Virus record (IMG/VR): IMGVR_UViG_3300034024_000020
Coordinates: 1-64,000 of that record
DNA from: a virus
Length of the DNA: 64,000 nucleotides
Reading direction: 5' to 3' (one strand)
This document shows, one piece after another, positions 58,328-64,000 of the stretch. Both the position numbers and the translations under genes were made by a program. How positions within the stretch are numbered: the stretch's first letter is position 1; each line of letters begins with the position of its first letter. Below the pieces are notes generated by a model. It was not told the DNA's origin, made no database searches, and saw only the letters and a list, made by a program, of their open reading frames with translations.

Positions 58328-59740
58328 GTGAACCTAGCTAGCGCACTTATAAAACAAGTATTGGAGCAAGAAGACTTTGATACTTGGTCAAATGTGCGTA
58401 AGCATTATCTGCCTAGTGAGTATCATCAACTATTTGACATAATCAGCAAACACACTGATTCCTATCACAAGCTACCAACGCTAGAGGAATTGAAGTTTGA
58501 AATACGTGATAACGCTACGCTCGAAAAGGTTTATGCACTAGAAACAGGTGAGGAGATAGAGGCTGAGCCCTTTCTTCTCTTAGACTACTTAAAAAATGAG
58601 TACACTCAAAAGGAGTTCTTATTTCAAGTAGATAGACTTATTGATAGGTCTTTAGCTTTTGAAACAGCCGAAGAGACCATCAAGTCTATTCAAGAGATTG
58701 CTATCGACCTTGAGAATAAGGTTGATATTACTGATCCTGCTGAAAACATGCAGAAGATCAGCTTATTTGAAAGTGACGAAGACCTAGGAGCTCGGGTAAC
58801 TCTAGGTCTTAATTCCGATTTCGATAGTCAGTATCCTATTGCGGTTACTGACTACATCATGCTTGGTGGGCCTAAGGGTGCTGGTAAGTCTATTACATGT
58901 AACAATGTAGGTAGGCACATAATCGAAGTCAAGCAGAAAGTAGCACTTTACTTCTCTATTGAGATGGAGGCGATTGAGGTATTGCAGCGTGATGCTGCTC
59001 TAGCCACAAAGATTCCTTTCAACAAGATTAGAAATAAGAACCTATCAGTAGTAGAATGGGAAAAGATCGTCGAGTACTGGGGTACTCGATTTAAGAATTC
59101 AGAAGGTCACGTAGCTGCTTACAAGCAGCATCATGATTTCAACAGATTCCACACAGCTATTTCCAAAGAAGAGCTGTCTGGTGCCTATCTTGATATCATC
59201 TATGATCCTAATCTAACCTTGACTCGTATTAGAAACGAGGTCCAGAAAAGATTGGCTCAAGGTGTCGAAATTGGCATCATTATTGTAGACTATATCAACC
59301 AGGTGAAACTGAATGACAACAGTAAAGTTGGTGATAAACAGTATGAGTGGAAAGAGCAGATCAACATCAGTACTGGTTTAAGACGTTTGGCACAGGAGCT
59401 AAGAATTCCTGTATTCAGTCCTTACCAAATGGATGCCGATGGAAAAGCAAGATTTGCTCGGGGTATCCTTGATGCGCCGACCGTCGTAATTAAGCTCATA
59501 AAGTTTCCGCAAGCGGACGCAATCATGGGCTTTGAAATTGAAAAGATGCGACACGCTCCTGATGAACTCGTAGTTATCTCTAGAATGGACTGGAATTGCT
59601 TACAGATCGGACCAGAGAATGGGGAATTACCCGAGCCTGAAGTAGAAGAGGATGAACATCCTAAAGCTACTTTTGGAAGGAAGAAGCAAAGTAGTAGCAA
59701 ACCAACTGGTGAAAGCATCTATGACGATCCACCCTTCTAG
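58328..59740 (+). CDS. DnaB-like replicative helicase
   Basis: Walker A GPKGAGKS, FSIEM, IVDY. Confidence 0.88.
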   Translation: MNLASALIKQVLEQEDFDTWSNVRKHYLPSEYHQLFDIISKHTDSYHKLPTLEELKFEIRDNATLEKVYALETGEEIEAEPFLLLDYLKNEYTQKEFLFQVDRLIDRSLAFETAEETIKSIQEIAIDLENKVDITDPAENMQKISLFESDEDLGARVTLGLNSDFDSQYPIAVTDYIMLGGPKGAGKSITCNNVGRHIIEVKQKVALYFSIEMEAIEVLQRDAALATKIPFNKIRNKNLSVVEWEKIVEYWGTRFKNSEGHVAAYKQHHDFNRFHTAISKEELSGAYLDIIYDPNLTLTRIRNEVQKRLAQGVEIGIIIVDYINQVKLNDNSKVGDKQYEWKEQINISTGLRRLAQELRIPVFSPYQMDADGKARFARGILDAPTVVIKLIKFPQADAIMGFEIEKMRHAPDELVVISRMDWNCLQIGPENGELPEPEVEEDEHPKATFGRKKQSSSKPTGESIYDDPPF

Positions 59741-59868
59741 TTTTGATAGGGGATACTACGCTGCGGGTGACGAAATAATGAACTGGCTCAATTCTTTGGA
59801 TAGTGGGGGCATGACAACTAAAGAATTGAGATCGGTTCTAAACGTGAAAATTTTGGAGATGACACCAT

Positions 59869-60702
59869 ATGCAAGTAGAAGATCTATTGAGTCGTCACAA
59901 GATTTCCTACACGCTGAGTGGTAAAGACTTAGTTACTTTATGCTTTAATCCAGATCATGATGATACTACTGCTGGTAGTTTCAGAATTGATAAAATCACA
60001 GGAGCAATGAACTGCTTCGCATGTGGATTTAAAGGCAGTGTATTTGCACACTTTGGCACGAAGGGCAACCCCCTTATGATAGCCAGGGAAAAGCTAAAAA
60101 GAAAGATTTCGGAGAAATTAGCAGAAAATGTCGGACTTGAAATCCCTAGAAACGCTGTTCCTTTCGCCAGAGAGTGGCGAGGAATATCGGCAGATACTTA
60201 TAGAAAGTTCGAAGCTTTTGAGCATAATGACTCGGACTTTATTGGCCGCGTCGTATTTCCCATCCGTTCGTTCTCCGGAAGAATTGCGGGGTTTAACGCA
60301 AGACATCTCACGCTTAATCAGCACCCTAAGTATCTTATATCCCCACCTAATGCGAAACTTCCGCTATTTCCAAAAGTAAAACCTGTAGAAGGTTCTATCG
60401 TGCTCGTAGAGGGCATGTTCGATATGCTCAACTTGCACGACAAAGGGCTAGACAACGCCGTATGTGCATTTGGAACTAGAAAAGTTACGAAAGACAAACT
60501 AAACCTATTAAAGGTACAAGGCGTTAGCAAGTTAGACATTGCGTTTGACCCTGACGAAGCTGGTACCGAAGCAGCCGCCGAAGTAAAAGAACTAGCAGAA
60601 CGTATGGAAATGTATGCTAGAGTTGTTACTTTAAAAGACCAAGATCCAGGTGACCTGACAGCCTCACAAGTGCTCAGATTAAAGGAGAAGTTATATGGCT
60701 AA
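59869..60702 (+). CDS. DNA primase
   Basis: C..H...CFAC Zn domain, VEGMFD, FDPDEAG Toprim. Confidence 0.88.
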   Translation: MQVEDLLSRHKISYTLSGKDLVTLCFNPDHDDTTAGSFRIDKITGAMNCFACGFKGSVFAHFGTKGNPLMIAREKLKRKISEKLAENVGLEIPRNAVPFAREWRGISADTYRKFEAFEHNDSDFIGRVVFPIRSFSGRIAGFNARHLTLNQHPKYLISPPNAKLPLFPKVKPVEGSIVLVEGMFDMLNLHDKGLDNAVCAFGTRKVTKDKLNLLKVQGVSKLDIAFDPDEAGTEAAAEVKELAERMEMYARVVTLKDQDPGDLTASQVLRLKEKLYG

Positions 60703-63052
60703 AGTAGCCTTAGTAGAGACCAAGCCGTCTCGTACTAACTTCAATGACGCGTTTGAAAGCGCATTTGAATTCGATAGATATCAATTATGCTCTAATCCGG
60801 CTATTAAGAAGCCGCTTAAAAAAGATGTTGATATTGACATCAATGTAGATGACTATGACTGGATCATCCTAGTAGGTGCTGATTCTTTCAAATATTTCAC
60901 GGGAAAGACATCTATATCTGATTTCTCTGGCAAGCCTGTCAACGAGAAATATATACCTATTATCAATCCTGCCATGCTAACTTTCAAGCCAGAAGCTGAG
61001 AGATTATGGCAGGAATCCAAGACTTCCCTAATTAGATACATAACCGGTAATGCAAAGGTAGTAAGTTATAACAGTGACAAAATCTACGGTATCACTGAGG
61101 AGCAGCAAGCCCTTGAATATATTCAAGCTGCGATACTCGCGCCCTCAAAATATGTCGCCCTCGACTCCGAAGCTTCCGCTCTATATGCGCGCGACGGTCA
61201 CGTTCTTGGGATTAGTCTTTGCTATGAGCGGGATCATGGCGTATACATTAGCGCCGACTGCATCACGCCAGAAGTAGAAGAGAAACTACAAGAGCTATTT
61301 AACAAGAAGATTGTAATCTTCCACAATGCTAAATTCGATATCGGATTCTTCTGGTATCATTTTGGGTGGCAGTTCCCTAGATTTGAAGATACTATGCTTC
61401 TGCATTATTGCATCGAAGAGAATCCAGGCAACCACGGATTGAAGCAGCTTGCTCTAAAGTACACAGTCTACGGGGACTACGAAGCTGGTTTAGAAGAGTT
61501 CAAGGCAGAATATTGCAAGAAGAATGGGGTTAAAAAGGATGACTTTACGTACGATCTTATTCCTTTTGATATCATGTTCCCTTATGCAGCAATCGACTCT
61601 ATTGTCACGTTCCTGCTCTTCTTAAAGCTGAAAGCAGCTGTTACGAAGAATCCAAAACTACATTGGGTATATGAGAATATTCTAATTCCAGGTAGTGATC
61701 TTCTTACTGAAATTCAAGATAACGGAGTACCATTTGATCGTAATCGCCTAGAAAAGGCGTCGATTATGATGCAGACCGATATTGATAATGCTGTAGCTCA
61801 GTTGTATGAGCACCCAGTAATTCGTGAATTTGAAGAAGCTCAAGGAAAGACTTTCAACCCGGGTAGCACGCAACAGCTGCGTAAGTTGCTATTTGATTTC
61901 GTTGGATTAACTCCAACAGGTAAAAAGACAGGCACAGGAGCAGCGTCAACGGACGCGGAAGTGCTAGAGGAATTGAGTGAATATAGTGAAATTCCTAAAC
62001 TCATCCTTAATATCCGAAAAAAGTCAAAAATTAAGAATACGTACCTTGACAAAATCATACCTCAGCTTGACGCTGACGGTCGTCTCCGTACTGGTTTTAA
62101 TCTTCATAGCACTACTAGCGGAAGGCTTTCATCCTCTGGCAAGCTCAACATGCAGCAGTTGCCAAGAGACAATCCTGCCGTAAAGGGTTGTATTAAAGCT
62201 CGTCCAGGATACAAGATTGTATCTATGGATTTGACCACCGCGGAGGTTTATGTAGCCGCGGTTCTCTCAGGCGATAAAAAGCTGCAAGAGGTTTTCAAGT
62301 CGGGACAGGATTTCCACTCTACTATTGCTAAAATGGTCTTTAAGCTAGATTGTAGGGTAGAGGATGTTAAGAAACTTTATCCTCATCTAAGACAAGGGGC
62401 TAAATCTACTACCTTCGGTATTCTTTATCAGGCTGGAGCTATTACAGTAGCTAATCAGATTAGGAAAGAATCTGGTGTTTATTGTAGTGTGTCTCAAGCA
62501 CAGAGATATATCGACGATTACTTCAAGGAATTCAAGCAGCTTCACAAGTGGATCGAAGCACAAAAGGACTTTATTGCAACCAACGGTTTCATTTATAGTC
62601 ATTTTGGTAGAAAGCGCAGACTTCCAAATGTTAAATCATCTGATAAGGGTATTAAGGCTCACACCATTCGATCTGGTGTTAACTTCCTAGTTCAGTCTCC
62701 TGCATCGGACATTAACTTGTTCGCAGCTATTGAAATGAGACACTTCATCAACAAGAATAAGATGAAAAGTCTCATATTCGCACTGGTTCACGACTCTATT
62801 CTAGCAGAGGTTCCGGAAGATGAAATTGATTTCTATACCGAAACTCTCCGAGGTTTCGTGCAGGCAGACCGCGGACTTTCAATCCCAGGTTATCCGATTG
62901 GATGTGACTTCGAAGTGGGAGATGACTACAGCTTTAATGCCAAACATGATGATTATCCAAATGAAACCAAATATCAGGTCTACGAACGAGGATGGGATTC
63001 TAAGCTGCCACAGCTAATGGATAGTTTAGTAAAGCTATGCAAGACGAATTAA
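60695..63052 (+). CDS. Family A DNA polymerase
   Basis: DSE/HNAKFD exonuclease motifs, SGRLSS, DLTTAE, RQGAKSTTFGILY, VHDS. Confidence 0.95.
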   Translation: MAKVALVETKPSRTNFNDAFESAFEFDRYQLCSNPAIKKPLKKDVDIDINVDDYDWIILVGADSFKYFTGKTSISDFSGKPVNEKYIPIINPAMLTFKPEAERLWQESKTSLIRYITGNAKVVSYNSDKIYGITEEQQALEYIQAAILAPSKYVALDSEASALYARDGHVLGISLCYERDHGVYISADCITPEVEEKLQELFNKKIVIFHNAKFDIGFFWYHFGWQFPRFEDTMLLHYCIEENPGNHGLKQLALKYTVYGDYEAGLEEFKAEYCKKNGVKKDDFTYDLIPFDIMFPYAAIDSIVTFLLFLKLKAAVTKNPKLHWVYENILIPGSDLLTEIQDNGVPFDRNRLEKASIMMQTDIDNAVAQLYEHPVIREFEEAQGKTFNPGSTQQLRKLLFDFVGLTPTGKKTGTGAASTDAEVLEELSEYSEIPKLILNIRKKSKIKNTYLDKIIPQLDADGRLRTGFNLHSTTSGRLSSSGKLNMQQLPRDNPAVKGCIKARPGYKIVSMDLTTAEVYVAAVLSGDKKLQEVFKSGQDFHSTIAKMVFKLDCRVEDVKKLYPHLRQGAKSTTFGILYQAGAITVANQIRKESGVYCSVSQAQRYIDDYFKEFKQLHKWIEAQKDFIATNGFIYSHFGRKRRLPNVKSSDKGIKAHTIRSGVNFLVQSPASDINLFAAIEMRHFINKNKMKSLIFALVHDSILAEVPEDEIDFYTETLRGFVQADRGLSIPGYPIGCDFEVGDDYSFNAKHDDYPNETKYQVYERGWDSKLPQLMDSLVKLCKTN

Positions 63053-63564
63053 GATGGCGGGAATATCGTAAAGAGTTCCCAATCAACACTGTTAAATCAT
63101 GGGGTCAGTCTCTTATGGAGGCTGCCCCATGGACATACACAGGGTGGTCAGGGGCAGCCAAAGAACCTCTTAGACATTGGACAGCATTTCTAGGACATCA
63201 CGAGCCTCTCGTAAATGAGATATGGACTGCCATTAATGAAACACTTAAGCATGATGGATTTTCTCTTTCACCATCTCGCATTATTGCTAATCTCTTTGCT
63301 CATGGGGATAGTTCTTGGCTTCATACTGATTCGCTACTTGGGTCTGATTGGACCGTTATTATATACTTGAACGATTTTTGGGATTTGAATTGGGGTGGCG
63401 AAACTGTTATTGTAGAGGATAACGAAATTGCACATTGTTGTGCTCCTACACCTGGTAAAGTATTTCTTTTCAAAAGTAATCTTCTGCATGGTCCTAGACC
63501 TGTATCCAGAGAGGCGCCTTATTCTAGATTGGGCTTGACATTTCAATGTGCTAGTAACTCGTAA
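63037..63564 (+). CDS. 2OG-Fe(II) oxygenase
   Basis: HTD, YLN..W...WGGET, H...P, R motifs. Confidence 0.85.
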   Translation: MQDELRWREYRKEFPINTVKSWGQSLMEAAPWTYTGWSGAAKEPLRHWTAFLGHHEPLVNEIWTAINETLKHDGFSLSPSRIIANLFAHGDSSWLHTDSLLGSDWTVIIYLNDFWDLNWGGETVIVEDNEIAHCCAPTPGKVFLFKSNLLHGPRPVSREAPYSRLGLTFQCASNS

Positions 63565-64000
63565 AGACCTTCATAAGATCAATTTTCCTATCTATGTACT
63601 ACCCTCTGATGATTGGTACATAACCGATGGAGTTTTGTTCGTCAACGAGAAGGTCCTAGATGAGAAGAACATGCCTGGAAAAACTCTAGGTGTAAGAAGA
63701 ATGCAATGTGGTCGCAAAGATTTGCTTCCACTTAATAAAGCTATTTTAAGCATTCCTGATATGATTCAGTGTAAGACGAAAGTCTTTGTGGATTATAAAG
63801 GAAAGCCTTTCATCTACGAAAAAACCTATCGTAGTAAATTAAAGTGCTATAGGATTAAAAAAGTAGAAGGAAAGGATTCTGCTTCTTTATTGTGGGTACA
63901 TGGGATATCTCATCCCTTTACATTAAAGAGGCCACCCTTTGGTGACCCAGAATATGTGCGGATTCTCCATTATGAGGGCGAGCCCTGGCTCATCTATGAC
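63548..64000 (+). CDS. T5-like conserved protein downstream of the polymerase (truncated by window end)
   Basis: Open frame from GTG: VLVTRKDLHKINFPIYVLP...VLDEKNMPGKTLGVRR. Confidence 0.65.
   Translation, partial: MLVTRKDLHKINFPIYVLPSDDWYITDGVLFVNEKVLDEKNMPGKTLGVRRMQCGRKDLLPLNKAILSIPDMIQCKTKVFVDYKGKPFIYEKTYRSKLKCYRIKKVEGKDSASLLWVHGISHPFTLKRPPFGDPEYVRILHYEGEPWLIYD

Noticed and set aside
1-64000. Genome-wide TAG reassignment suggested by the CUA tRNA-like element
   Set aside because: Long conserved genes are intact in code 11, and TAG ends genes at sensible positions (A2-like, helicase); only one internal TAG was noticed

Overview
This window is the left part of a large lytic T5-like (Demerecviridae-type gene order) phage genome. 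The host is almost certainly alphaproteobacterial, given a two-piece tmRNA with an ANDN...LAA tag and GAAC-N7-GAAC LexA-type boxes. 1-2.85 kb is a GC-richer pre-early-like segment (DEDD exonuclease, A2-like protein, a structured non-coding block, a repeat/palindrome zone). 2.85-35.5 kb is a dense early region of small ORFs driven by many copies of one promoter motif (about 30 across the window). It includes PTH2, Fic, a disrupted HD protein, a phosphatase, SleB-like hydrolase, rpsU, MazG, Hsp20, spanins, NadM-Nudix plus NAMPT, thyX and SAM decarboxylase. 36-49 kb holds about 41 tRNA genes covering all 20 amino acids, interleaved with non-canonical structured RNAs, an IF3 C-domain gene and a GOLLD-like RNA. 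49-64 kb holds a phosphoesterase / nucleotidyltransferase-like / RlmN-like operon and the T5-type replication block (D3, PC4, split NAD ligase, D5, helicase, primase, PolA). The most unusual signals are: an unannotated ~1.55-kb structured ncRNA with its own promoter and terminator, containing an embedded CUA-anticodon tRNA-like module; two further ~450-500 nt structured RNAs that each follow an A2-like gene; an 11-bp-phased LexA-box array; a minimal SRP helix-8 hairpin; and several CCA-ended minihelices. All assignments come from reading the sequence by eye; no searches were run.
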